64,000 bases of DNA. Source: Octopus vulgaris. Lineage: Eukaryota. The position numbers and the translations under genes are program-made. The notes under the pieces were generated by a model. The model was given only the letters and a program-made list of their open reading frames with translations, made no database searches and was not told where the DNA came from. The DNA is taken from the NCBI GenBank assembly GCA_951406725.2, contig OX597829.1:1364001-1428000 (forward strand). The letters are read 5' to 3'. Below, in pieces: positions 1 to 12,913 of the stretch. Numbering within the stretch: position 1 is the stretch's first letter; every line of letters starts with the position of its first letter.

Positions 1-131
1 CATCACAGACCGTCGCCCATGGTTAACACGATTTTAGGATATTATCTGTTTAGAATATCAACTAAAAGTGGGTCCATAAATTAGAAAATTACTATTTGTA
101 AATCTCACAACGAGAGATATTCAGCAACAGT

Positions 132-394
132 ACTTTGGAGTAAAGTTTATTTGCCAACATCACATGGCAATCCTGGTTTAGGACGAATGTTACCGAACAA
201 TTATTATGTGCTGATGAAGGGAAATAACCCGGAAATCGCGATACACAAATATTGTTCTGTGCTGAGTGAGGGTGTTAAATTCCATTGTTCTAAAATATAA
301 GGACACAGATGTCTCCTGGGGCTAAATTACAGCAACATTCGTCCTAAACCAGGACTGCCATGTTATGTTGGCATATAATCTTTACTCCAAAAGT
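132..394. repeat. Imperfect inverted repeat, ~62-bp arms (132-193 and 332-394)
   Basis: Left arm actttggagtaaagtttatttgccaacatcacatggcaatcctggtttaggacgaatgtt is the reverse complement, with a few mismatches, of aacattcgtcctaaaccaggactgccatgttatgttggcatataatctttactccaaaagt. Confidence 0.9.
195..257 (+). ncRNA. Minimal type I hammerhead ribozyme (Penelope/retrozyme type)
   Basis: CTGATGA 211-217; stem II GGG/CCC 219-230; GAAA 232-235; palindromic stem III TCGCGA; AUA cleavage triplet 241-243; stem I of 14 bp with two single-nt bulges (195-210 with 244-257). Confidence 0.75.
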
Positions 395-819
395 GGGTCA
401 TCTCCGGAGCGTCTTCTGTCGTTATTTCATATGATTTTTGTTGAATGAAGTGTATTTTTTTTATTCACTCCGTCTTTCTTGGTCTTGGTTTCCAACCTGC
501 CAAGGCCAACTTCTCAATTTACTGAGATCTATAGCTTTAATTTAGTTTTGTTAACTTCTCGAGTTTGCAAGAAGCTGGATTATCCTTATCTTATACAGTT
601 CTTTCTAGATCGGTCAGATTGATGCCATTAATGCTCCTCTTAAAAACATTTGCAAGTCAATAACTGTAAAAAAGACATGAGCATGGAGGAAACACCAGAA
701 AGACGACCTTCTCCTCTGGATGGGAGGAAAGATTGAGAATAGAAATTAGTGCGGTAGCAAGGGTGATGACGGGAGAAGAGACAAGCCTGTCAACAATATC
801 TCGAGTTGGGTGACATAAT

Positions 820-1180
820 CATCATCATTGTTCGCCCGTGGAATTTACCATGCTACGCCAGACTTCACGGTCCATCATAACATTACGGAGGTCCTGTTGC
901 TGGATGCCTGTATCCCTGGAGATTACATCAGGGTAGGAGAGTGTGCGCCCTCTGGTATGCGAGTAGATGGCTTTCAGAGGAGAAGAGTAGAAATTACCTC
1001 GTTTTCAGCTCTACAACAATGTCCAGCAAACTGGACTCTTCCACGAGAGATTTTGAGCTCTCATAAGGAGGCGAGTATAAGTTCCATCCAACCGCCTCTC
1101 AAGCTTCTTTAATAACGTCCAGGTTTCTGAGCCGTATAGTAGAATTGGTTCGATTGTGGCTTTGAAGATGACATAAATCC
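820..1180 (-). mobile_element. RTE-clade LINE 3' fragment (decayed)
   Basis: Translation IFKATIEPILLYGSETWTLLKKLERRLDGTYTRLLMRAQNLSWK contains the LLYGSETW post-RT motif of RTE elements. Confidence 0.8.
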
Positions 1181-1996
1181 AGCCAGTAAAAGGAGTAGAG
1201 GCCATTACAGTAAAGATAGAAAAATTAGAGACTACACGCCTGAGGGTAAGAGGTTTGCGTGCGCGCGTGTGTGAGTAGCTTTACGTTAATCATTCGGATG
1301 GCCCATTTTTGCATACGGTCTAGGATGTCGTGTGCTGCAGTAGTACCGTACCGGATATGAGAGCAATACTCCATTATGAATCACATATGAGCCTTGTAGA
1401 ATATCAATAACCTTTGGGAGAAAATATGTATTCTGGTCCAGAAGATAAGACCCATCAAAATTGCATTCATTTGTCAATCGTTTGTTAGAGTTAGTGTCTG
1501 GTCAAATGATCTTCATTGAGTCAGATCATTTTGCGACAAATATTGCGACAAATATTATCTGGTGACTAAACTAATTGAACATCAATACTTCTAAGAACAG
1601 TCGTCCGTTGAAGTCTCACGTTGTAACGATTCGTAGGCAATCGCTTTAGAACTTCATAAACCTAATCTGACAGGGAGTAATAAAGTTACTGTTTTCAAAA
1701 TCTAGTCTTTCTTCTCGAATGAATTCATCACACAGAGATGAAAGTCAAGAAGATGCTATAAGAAGTATGGTTAACAGAAAAACCGTTGGACTTCAGCTGT
1801 AAAATTTGCTAAATGTGGCGAAAGCGTGATCTTGATCAGCGAAAAGGTTATAAGAAATGAACAAAATTGTTTCTGCCTCAGATCAAACGTACAGCTAAAG
1901 GGAAAGCGATCATATTTCTTGATGTCTGGTTTGTAGAATGGCTGGAAATAAAACCGCAACACCAAAAGGAAATTAAACAAAAAATAAAGCAAAAAA

Positions 1997-2304
1997 TATA
2001 TACATGCATATATATATATGTATATATATATACACACACATATATATGTATTCATATACATACTTATACACATACACATATGTATTTTGTATGTATATAT
2101 ATGTATATATATATATATATATATGTGTATATATAAATATGTGTGTGTGTATGTATGTGTGTGTCTGTGTGTGCGTGTTATATATATATATATATATAAT
2201 ATTCATATATACACAATATATATATATATAATATATTGTAATATTAAAAGCATATAAATATATATATATTAAATTGCTGTGTGTTTGGTATGTGTATATA
2301 TGTT

Positions 2305-2362
<58 letters not shown>

Positions 2363-2374
2363 GAGTATATATAT

Positions 2375-2414
<40 letters not shown>

Positions 2415-3079
2415 CTGTATGTTACATGATGGGAGGGGGAAAAGGAAACAGGACATAAGCAAACGAAGAATATCTAAAAGAAAGATTTATTCGATTATTC
2501 TACATCGATAAGGTGTTTGATTCGGCATTTCTATGCGATAAACTAGTGTTTAATAACGTTATCAGATCGAACGATATCGCGCAATTTTACCATCGAAACC
2601 GAAGAACAAAAAAATTGAAGTTTCAAAGAAACGAACTTTGGATAGGAATAGGGTTGGAAAGGTCAATACAAAGGAATCAAAACAAAGGAAACACAAGAAA
2701 AGTTTCGGAGAATAAACACTGATTCCATCGACATATAACTTTGAAAGAATATGTCTAAAGACCAAATCTAGGTAACACTACGTATCAAGCTAACAAACAG
2801 TCTTTGATAGGAAGTAGATTTAGAAAACTATAAAACAGATATTGAAGATATGTTTTGTTTTTGTTTCGTTTTTCTGTTGTTTTTGTCTTGTTTTATTTAT
2901 ATCCGTCGCATATGTTGTTTTTAGGCCTTTTTTATTTTAACTTCACATACACACACACATACACACGAGTGCACACATCTATATACGTACATATATACAT
3001 ATACACACACATACATATATATACACATATATATACATATATATATACATATACATTGTATATATGTAATGAATGTGTG

Positions 3080-3110
<31 letters not shown>

Positions 3111-3163
3111 ATACATATATAGATATATATATACATACACATATATTTATCATATATTATATG

Positions 3164-3201
<38 letters not shown>

Positions 3202-3337
3202 TATACGTATATATATATATTCACATATATATGTGTCTATTTATATATGGATGTGTATATATATAGATATGTCTGTCCGTGTGTATATGCATACATATTT
3301 ATAAATATATATAAGTATACATACATATAAATATATA

Positions 3338-3406
<69 letters not shown>

Positions 3407-3428
3407 ATATATATACATACACATACAT
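1997..3428. repeat. Compound (TA)n/(CA)n microsatellite blocks (1997-2412, 2945-3428)
   Basis: Directly visible dinucleotide repeats; source of the YI/HT/CV ORFs. Confidence 0.95.
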
Positions 3429-4356
3429 AATATTCTTTGACTTTTCCTTTTATAGCATGTGTTTTTTTTCCTCTCTCTTATTTTCCTATTCTTATAAAAA
3501 ATTTTCGTCGGCCATGCTTTTTCTTGTTCTTATTCTCTGCTTGTTGTTTCAATTTTTTGTTCATTGATCGGTTAAATTTTTGTTTTCTCTTTTGTTTGTT
3601 CGTTGCCTTTTTTTGTCTTTTTGTCTCCTTATTTCGTCGTCTGTAAATGTATATATATATGTCGAACACATTAGGAACACTTCAATAGATTATTGGTGAT
3701 CTACTGATATTAATAAGCCGAGTGTTTAAACTTTGATTTAGATACAATGACTCAATAAGCTTACCAAAAACAATTGACAAAAAAAAAGAAGACAAAACAA
3801 AGAAAAAACATATGAATAATCTCGCGGTGATCTTTATTTTTTATTTTATATATATTTCTATATTTATTTTATTTTGTTCAGTTTTTCCTTATTTAGGACA
3901 CAAATACTGTTTGTATCAAAACAATATTTTGTATTTTGTTTCTATTTTTGTGCTAAATAAAAGAAACGAAATGAAATGCTGAAGTAAAAAACAATGTTAA
4001 TAAATAAATGAATAAAATATGGTATTTTGCAACAGATACATTTTTATGAATCTTTTCTGTTATTGTTGCAGCTGTTTTTCTGTTTTTCTTTTTTTTCTGA
4101 AAACGGACGTGTATTTGCGAGAAAGAAAGAAAATACTGTTGTAAGAAATACATATAGATATATATTAATACATATATATAACAATTTTTTTAAAAACATA
4201 TAACTGTTTATTGAGCAGATGGTGCTATATTATGTTAAATCTGACCGACGCCACTAATGTCTGAAATTTATCTAATGTTGTTAAAATATCTGAACAGACA
4301 CTGTTTTAAATGGACACGAACGAGTATACATATACATACACGCCACCATATACATA

Positions 4357-4469
<113 letters not shown>

Positions 4470-4587
4470 TACATACATGCATACATACATGCATACATAC
4501 ATGCATACATGTATACATATAATACACACACACACACACACATATATAAACGGCATACCATGCAATAATTTGTGGCATAAGAATACA

Positions 4588-4628
4588 GAGTCTGATGAAG
4601 GTAATCCCTGCAAAACTTCGAAGTCACG
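4588..4628 (+). ncRNA. Degenerate hammerhead-like motif
   Basis: CTGATGA 4592-4598, AGG/CCT stem II, GAAA corrupted to GCAAAA, palindromic ACTTCGAAGT stem III ending in GTC; stem I weak. Confidence 0.4.
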
Positions 4629-5439
4629 ATTAAACTATCCCTTGTAGAATCAATTCCAAACTCTTCTTGCAATATCTTGTGGTCCTCCAGTTAATATTTG
4701 ATGTTTTAAAAATATTTGTCTAAAAACATGAATGTGTGTGTCTGTGTCTGTGAGTACACACGTTTTTCGTTATATACACGCGCGTGCATATATATATATA
4801 TGTAATAACAGTGTGACTCAGCTCCACATGACTCTTAGTTTTGTGGGCGCGTAGGATGTTAGAAAACCGAATGGAAGGTTTGAGAGAAATTCAAGATGTC
4901 TTCTAGGTGTTTATTTTGACCCTTATCAGTCATGTCACGCAGTGTTAATACTGTGAAATGACACTAGGTATTTCGTTTTTATTTTGAAGATCTCTTGTTT
5001 GGACCAGATGTCGGCAGGATACTAGTGTCACTTTGGTGACTTGGTATATTCAACCACATCACTTTTTTGCCTTGGGCCTCATGCATTGTAGGTTATTTTG
5101 TTGGTGCTGTTCAATATTTCAGTTATTGCTGATTGGTGTATTTCCTCATTAGCGACAGCAGTCATTACATCGAAATAACAAAATTTGATAGTCTTGGGTT
5201 ACAGTTGATTGTGCGTGAAAAACATGGGTCGGTTGTAGTCTGTACGGGCAGTAGAGATTGAATCCTACCCTTGTATGTGAGAGAACTAAACTCAGGGTTG
5301 TATATACGGGTAATCAGCTTCCAAAGGCTTGAAGCTCATTAACACTACCTATTTATAGGGGCAACAATAAGATAAGTTCATCCTTCCTGTTTTCTAGACA
5401 TTACGGGTCGGTGAAATGTGTGTATTCTATCGCGGAAAC

Positions 5440-5900
5440 AGAGTTGGCTGTTGCGAGCTCCAGGTGATTGAGAAGTCGTCCTGTCAAGAATATCTCATTT
5501 GATATTGAAGTCATTTCAATAGTCCTGTAGTTTGTAGGTGAAGTTGGACGGGTAAGTGTAATATTCTTTGTCCTTACACTGGATGTAGTGCATGTGCAGA
5601 GTATATCTTTCCCAGAAGTTATTTGCTGTCATGCCTATGTTGTGACATGTAATACCATCGGATGACATGAAGGTGGCTGTATAGGTTCCGGCGTTTGGGA
5701 AGCAAGGTCCTTTCAGTGTGGGTTGGTGGCAATGTACGTGAGTGTTTATTGTATAGTTCGATGTATGAAGTGAAGACAAGCTGATCTATATATTGAGGAG
5801 TTTATTCGTAATATCTTTAAGTTGTAGGGAAATGTTTTTTAATCGACTTCTAAGACTCCAAGCTATGTTATTTGAAACTTCTGGATTGATGGAAGATTGG
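5440..5900 (-). mobile_element. Penelope-like element remnant, GIY-YIG endonuclease region
   Basis: Minus-strand IKKHFP followed by CHQPTLKGPCFPNAGTYTATFMSSDGITCHNIGMTANNFWERYTLH, matching the PLE pattern CPLxGxC..IY.A....YIG.T...FK.RY..H. Confidence 0.7.
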
Positions 5901-6289
5901 ACCCTACTATTTTTCTCTTCCTTAATCTCTTAGCGTTGCGGTAAGGTTTGAGTGGATTCTTCATGTATACTAACTTATTGGTAAACTCACACCTCGCTAA
6001 TTGCAGGACTACAAACGGACAAAGAGATTTTCAACTGCACCACACAAAGTTCTAACGAGCTATTAGTTAGTTTATTAGCATCGACAGAAGAGAAGATTTA
6101 ATGCCCATGGTTTTTGAAGGCCTTTGCTAAGTGGTGGCATTGATGTGGTTTATATTCTACTCGAGAATTTGTTGGTCAATGTTTTGCAGAGAGAAACTTG
6201 GTTGACGATAAATACAGGACCGAGGCTTTGCGGCTATCTCAGAGTGAACTTCACTAAACCAATGGATGGATTTCGGTGCGTGAGACCAG

Positions 6290-6385
6290 AGTCTTTTTGC
6301 CGAACTGCTGCGTTACAGGACGTAATCACACTAATCTCGGTTGTCCAGCGATGGTGAGGGAGGGACAGACAGACAGACACACACA
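6290..6385 (-). mobile_element. SINE family B (CORE-type) internal fragment
   Basis: Matches 7225-7320 (ccgaactg..gttacaggacgtaatcacac..atctcggttgtc). Confidence 0.75.
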
Positions 6386-6410
6386 TATATACATACATAC
6401 ATATATGTAT

Positions 6411-6473
<63 letters not shown>

Positions 6474-6699
6474 ATAATTGATACAGAAATTTCTTTGTTG
6501 TGTTGCAGTATAATTAACTTCGCTTGCCTCAGTTTGCTAAAATTACTGGAATTGACAAATAAATTTTGTCAAAAATAGTCAATTAGGTAATAATTTACAT
6601 TTCTCAAAAAATATGTAGAATTTTATTTAATCACAAATATTTTAATCACAAATTGTAAATAAGCTTTGACTGAGACTTAGGTCAGTGAAGAGAGCACCA

Positions 6700-6830
6700 G
6701 AACTTATAACGCCGAAGCTTAATCCGGTTTCCGTCGCGTGCATGTGACTGAAATCCCAAACGCCCCGCCCCCTGAATGAGATGTCGCTCTGTTGAAGGAT
6801 TAACTTTCCAATTGTTATTGGAACTATAGC
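6700..6830 (-). mobile_element. Old V-domain-like SINE remnant
   Basis: Reverse-strand similarity to 26585-26660 and to the recalled aaccctgcgatggactagcgtcccatccaggg..ggaaaccgg domain. Confidence 0.4.
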
Positions 6831-7101
6831 TGTGTGGATTAGGGCAACGCGTGATGAAATATGAAAATTCTCCAAACAGATATCCCATTAAAGAAATGAT
6901 AATGTGTTTGTTTGAAGATATAGTGGCAGCGTGAACACTTGGTCTCTGCCTCAGTAAGACTTACCAGCTCAGTAGTGTTTTGCTAAGAAAACAAAAAAAA
7001 TTAACCCCCCCCCCCCGCGGGTCGGGAATCAAAACCACGACATATGATCGCCAACACAAAATCCTAAACAACAATAAGCCAGTCTCCGTCACAAAATTGT
7101 A

Positions 7102-7583
7102 TTCTTTTATTCTTTTACTTGTTTCAGTCAGCGGCCATGCAGGAGCAACGCCTTGAAGGGTTTTAGCCGAAGAAATCAACCCCAGGACTTATTCTTTGTA
7201 AGCCTAGTACTTATTCTATCGGAGTATTTCTGCCGAACTGGTACGTTACAGGGACGTAATCACACCAATCTCGGTTGTCAAGCGATGGTGGAGGAGGGAC
7301 AGACAGACAGACACACACACACATATATACATACATATATATACGTACATATATATATTTACACACACATACATACACACACACACGGGTACATATATAT
7401 ATATAAACCCGTAATTTATGTATATATATATATAAAGGGCTTCTTTCTGTTTCCACTCACGAGGCTTTGATCGTCGCGAGGCTATAGTAGAACACACTTC
7501 ACCAAGGTGTCACACAGTGGGACTGAACCCAGAAACTTATGGTTGGGAAACAAGCTTTTTTACCAGACAGCCACGCCTGCGCC
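7102..7583 (-). mobile_element. SINE family B: tRNA-derived CORE-type SINE (octopus OR-like) with internal microsatellite
   Basis: Pol III A box tggctgtctgg and B box ggttcagtccc; tail gaaacaagtaaaaga(a/g)taaaag; homologous to copies at 18283, 20894, 45789, 60612. Confidence 0.85.
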
Positions 7584-8339
7584 TATGCCCGAATAAATCA
7601 TGTCCCCCCACTCTCTCCATAAATTAACATTACTTGTATATCAATAAAACATCAGACGGCAGAAATGACATATGAGAAATAATAATAACGTTTATATTGC
7701 CATAAATCTTGTATATAAGAAAAAGCTGAAGAATTTCTCTTTTCGTTAAGTTTTACAAACTGCAGCTGAATTCCACTGCTTAAACTTCTAAATATAATAG
7801 AATTAAATTTATTTTGCCAGAGTTTAGATACGGTTAGTGTGTTGCAAAACGGTTACTTATATTGAAACTCTAGCATTTCTAAAGCAAATTTTTCGATCTT
7901 ATATAGATAAATGAATATTGAAACGGTTCTGTCTGTGTCTTGGCAAGTGTACATGTTAACCATAAATAGATATTATCTAGACATTTGGAAAATATCGGCA
8001 GGACGATGGCGAGATATTATCAAACTAGTGGCAACTTATTGGCAAGGCATTGGCAAGTTATTGGCAAGAGGGTTGGAAATATATTTTTCACGATGATGAT
8101 AAGACTATAATATTTGTTAGATATCTTTCGCTTAACTTACGCAGTAGAAATATTAATAGCTGTTGTTGTTTGACCCCCTACCACCACCACCACCACCACA
8201 TTTAAACTAATTATGTAGGTCAGAGGTGAAAGATCATAGGTCATCACGAACCCACGTCCTCTTAAACATGACGCTAGTCAGTCGCTGGGTCAATTCCTGT
8301 TTGATTCTGGCCTTCATTTTCACTTGATTGAACTATTCT

Positions 8340-9335
8340 ATTTTGACTTTTTTCGTAGCTGTACTGTTGTCTCCAGACAATCAGGTTGCTCTTTCTTTAA
8401 TGTCACCTCAATTTTGGAGACACCTTAATTATTGAGATATCTCTTCTCTTTTCATTTGGAGTTGGTACTTATTTGTAGCAAGTGATTGTTCTACATTCTC
8501 TGAATGCGAAGAAAATTTCCAGTAAATCATGAATTCATCTTTTATGCTATTTAAATCATGAATTCATCTTTTATGCTATTTAAATACTCCTAGTTTCTCT
8601 GTTACTAGCACTCAGAGTTACTTCTGTTATCTCATTGTATTTCATTCGTGTATATAACCTAAATTACAAAGACGTTCTACTTTTTGCAAATGTCTTAAGT
8701 ATCTGATCAACTCAAACTAAAACCACTGCTGTGTTGATAAAGCTTATTGAGGAAGAAACACGTGTTCACACTACCATAATGTCTTCAAACAAAAACAGTC
8801 ATTTCTTTAATAGGATATCAGTTTGGAGAATTCTTAATTTTTGAGATTACTTCCTTTTCTTACTTGGATTTGGTGCCAAATACCATCAGGTGATTGTTTA
8901 ACTTTCTCTGAAATCGGAAATAATTTCATAAATCAAGGACTTCTCTCTTATGGCTGTATACCTTTATTAGTTTAGGTAGTTCAAATAAATGCCATTGGTT
9001 ATTGTTGTTATTTCCCACAAATTATGGAAATGATTGTAGCCATAAATTTTCTTGTACAATATATTTTGTACATGTTCAAGTATTACACCAAATAGCTTCA
9101 AGGTCCGAAAATAACTGTGCAACTGAAACAGAAACACGTGTCTACATTGTAATCGTCTCCCCAGAAAATCAAAACTATCTTTTCCTTACTGGTATTGGTA
9201 TGGCAAGTTTGAAGATTTCTGAGGTCCCTTTCTCAATTGGAATTCATCTCAGTTACCAAAAAGAAAGCGTTCTACAATCTCTGGAAGCGGAGATAACTTT
9301 AATAAATCAAGAATTTATTTTCTATAGTATTTAAC
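8340..9335 (-). repeat. Three diverged ~370-410 bp tandem copies, probably decayed LINE ORF1/gag-like sequence
   Basis: Recurring blocks (tttctttaat..tttggaga..cttaatt..gtgattgtt..ttctctga..taaatca) at ~8390, ~8800 and ~9180; gaaacacgtgt at 8755 and 9131. Confidence 0.55.
8523..8585. repeat. Perfect 29-bp tandem duplication
   Basis: taaatcatgaattcatcttttatgctatt x2. Confidence 0.95.
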
Positions 9336-9821
9336 ACATCTGTACTCGTAGTTTTTGTTCAAATTCTTACGACAAGTCTATTTTATTTCTCTTAGCTTAT
9401 TTTTCATATTCATATATACCTGGCTTCGAAGTTGCTTTTTCCACTCACCACAGCATGTTTTCTGAACTCTTTTTCTGATTTTACTAAATAATATCAGACT
9501 TGCCAGCGCAGACCGGTACCAGTCTCTTTGGGAAGAAATTAATGAGGAATAGCAGTGTCTTACTTCCTCTACGTTGTCTGTGTGTGTTTGAGTGCGCGTG
9601 CGTGCGTGTCTGTGTGCATATTATTTATTTAAAGGTCATGTATTAAAACGCTACGAATAATTTCATATTGGGAAAACTCGAACATATTCTTCAACTGCAA
9701 ACCGCATAAAACGAACTAAAAAAATTTAATGATAGCCAGGTTTTTCGCCTTCCTTTTATTATTCAATTTTTGAGTATTCTCAACACATAAAATTATTCGT
9801 AGCGCGTTGATAGTGTATTAT

Positions 9822-9873
<52 letters not shown>

Positions 9874-9883
9874 TTCACTCATT

Positions 9884-9931
<48 letters not shown>

Positions 9932-10015
9932 TCATTCTCACTCACACACACACACACATATATCTATCTATATATATATACATACATACACCATACATAT
10001 ATATATATAATATAT

Positions 10016-10076
<61 letters not shown>

Positions 10077-10122
10077 ATATATATACACACATATATGTAC
10101 ATGTACTTACATACATATAAGG

Positions 10123-10288
10123 AATTTTAGTAATTTGTCCCTTACTTATCTCTCGTGCGTTTACGTACTTTTCACGTGTTGGTGATGCCATGTTCTTATT
10201 GCATAATTTTTGGTAATTTGTCCTGCATTCATTGCTCGTGTGTCTACGTAATTTTCACTCGTTGGTGATGTCCTGTACTTCATGTATC
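10123..10288. repeat. Diverged ~82-bp tandem duplication
   Basis: aatttt..gtaatttgtcc..ctcgtg.gt.tacgta.ttttcac..gttggtgatg twice. Confidence 0.8.
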
Positions 10289-10489
10289 TTATACTTATTC
10301 GTTAATACATATATATTGTACATATATTTATAAATATATAAGTATATAAGTACATATATATGAATATATGTGTACTTATTGGTGAGGAAAATCCAAACTG
10401 TGTTTTCTTGAAGCACATCTACTTATTCCAGTACTACAATCCAGTAAGTATTTACTGTCATTGTTGCATTCGAATTCGAACTGGAAGTA

Positions 10490-10920
10490 TGGTATAATGA
10501 ATATGAAAATAGGCAAGATTAAGTCTCTGGCAGGGATAGAATTACTAAAGAAAAGTGTGGAAACAATTTGAAAATGAGGGTTACAAGTACCTTGATATAC
10601 TAGAGTTCAATGAAATTAAGGAGAAGGAAATGAAAGAACAGCTAAGGAAAGAATATTTCCGAATACTAAGATTGGTGTTGCGCTAAAAATTGATTGGATG
10701 GGATAAAATTCAAACAGTTGAAACATGGGCGATAGCATCACTTCGGTATGGATCTGGAGTCATAAGCTGGAAAAAGAAAGAATTGATGAGTATAGATACG
10801 AAGACAGGGAAATTATTGGCAGTGCCCGGAGCATTCCATCCCAACGGTGACACCAATAGGTTGTTTTGGCCCGAAATTTGGGTGGAGAGGTTGTGATCAG
10901 TTGTCAGGATTGTGTAGCAA
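10490..10920 (+). mobile_element. R4/Dong-clade LINE RT C-terminal fragment (stops present)
   Basis: GYKYLDILEFNEIKEKEMKEQLRKEYFR..KIQTVETWAIASLRYGSGVISWKKKELMSIDTKTGKLL..FHP..D..RL, the typical R4/Dong thumb region. Confidence 0.8.
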
Positions 10921-12216
10921 AATGATGATTGGTAATCGTCTTAATGGTGTGACTCTATAGATTCCAGCCTTTGAGAAGCAGGTCGTTTTTCAGTGACTCG
11001 AATAGACTACAAAAAAGCCCAGTTCGTCTTTCTCACAGCTGGATAGAAGAATGCCAAGTGATATTCAAAATTTCACACTAATGATTAGGAATTTTCTATC
11101 GAAACATGAAGCTCTGAAAAATTATATTAATTTTCAACACGGATACTACAAGAAGAAATTCAATCAATATTAATGGTGGAATTTTTCAAGGAAACTCTCC
11201 TTCGTTATTCTGTTTAGCATTGCTTCCACTCAGAAAATTCTTAAATGAAACAAATGATGACGATGATGATGATGCTGATGGAGATGAGGATTTTATTGTC
11301 CACAAGGTGTCAGGACATTGAGGCCATTGAAACAAAATACAACACAAAACAAGATTGGTTGTACAGCGATCAAGAGAAGGAAGACGAATGAGAATATAAT
11401 ATAAGATATGAAGATAAAATTTCAAATAAATGCACTCCATCTAGGATCTAGAGTAATTCGAAGAAAACTACACAAAAGTCCCTGTTGTTTCTTAGGCATC
11501 AGAAGTGCCCTCTTCCAGTTTCTTTCCTTCTGATGAGAAAAGCTTACTCAGGGCAAGCCCATTCATCCACACCACTTTTTCCACTCTCATCAAACTTTCG
11601 ATTAACATGCTCCTCCATCTCTACACATGCCTTAATCATTTGAAGAAATTGATGCGAACCTGGCTAGAAAGAAAACAACCTATCTCTGTCCAGATTTTTC
11701 TCAATTTTTTACCAATTTATTTAGTATCCACTCTATATATTTGCAATTCCTTCGCTGTAGTGAAGTGTACTGAAGTCGAGAAAATTCTTGTTAAGGGTGG
11801 TTGTTCAGATCGCTGAAATTACCGTCTTTTGGAACTTCAGCGTTCAGAATGACCAGGAAATACAGAAAAACCGACAGGATATATAAGTAAGCTATGTATA
11901 TTTTCATTCCTCGGACTGTGTACTCCGGATCTGTAAATTTCACGTAGTTGTGTAAAAACTAGGATGTATGTGTATACATGTAAAATGTATATATGATTGT
12001 GTAGACATTTGAGTGTATGCGTAATTACTCAATTTATGTACTTACTGTTTTGTTCCATTTATATTTTATAATTTGTAAACTTTTCGGTGTTGATTTCGCG
12101 TGTGCTTCGCATAAAAGAAACTTTGTAGGGTAGTAAAGTTTCGTTTTTGTGATTATTTTCGCTCTTCCCAAATTATTATATTTGTTGTTGTTGTTGTTAT
12201 CATTATAATTATTATT

Positions 12217-12327
12217 TAAGCGGTGAGCTGGCAGAATCGTTCAAATTCCGCCATGGTCGACATTGCTTTTTGCCCTTTCTTTCTCGAATAAATAAGTATC
12301 AGTTGAGTATTGGGGTCGGTGTAATCA

Positions 12328-12330
<3 letters not shown>
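12217..12330 (+). mobile_element. SINE family A, older subfamily, internally deleted
   Basis: gcggtgagctggcagaatcgtt head joined directly to caaattccgcc..ggtcgac; (ATT)n tail. Confidence 0.75.
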
Positions 12331-12376
<46 letters not shown>

Positions 12377-12479
12377 GTCTATAGACACGTAGATGTAGAT
12401 CGCTGCGTAAGTCTTGCAGTTATTCATATTGTTATACGTTGATATACATTGAAAATTTGCTATTGTTACTTAGTTAAAC

Positions 12480-12836
12480 AAACCTGGACCTTGGGGAACT
12501 GGTTAGTGCTTTCCTATTTGTAGCGCTTAGAGGCTATTTTAGGGTTTGTCTGGGTTACAACGCTGCTCATTTTTTCACGAAAATCAAAGATGGCGAACGA
12601 AAAGTGTCTGTTCGCTGAAAGGAACAGCGAATTATCTGCAAGACAGAACAGCCCAGTTGAACATGACAGTGACTGCTGTAGCAACAACAACAACAACAAC
12701 AACAACAGCGGACGTGGAACGTATGAAAATGAATCCCTTAGCTCCTTTTCTCCCCTTTACCACCGCAGAAAGAGAAGAAAATTACCAACACCAATAACAC
12801 AAGCGAAAACCCTACAATCTCTACTGCTACCACATC

Positions 12837-12913
<77 letters not shown>

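Noticed and set aside
10378-10425. ttggtga-ggaaaa...ttttct-tgaag hammerhead-like remnant
   Set aside because: Both core boxes are mutated; too degenerate to support.
11530-11565. CTGATGAG motif
   Set aside because: There is no downstream GAAA or stem III.
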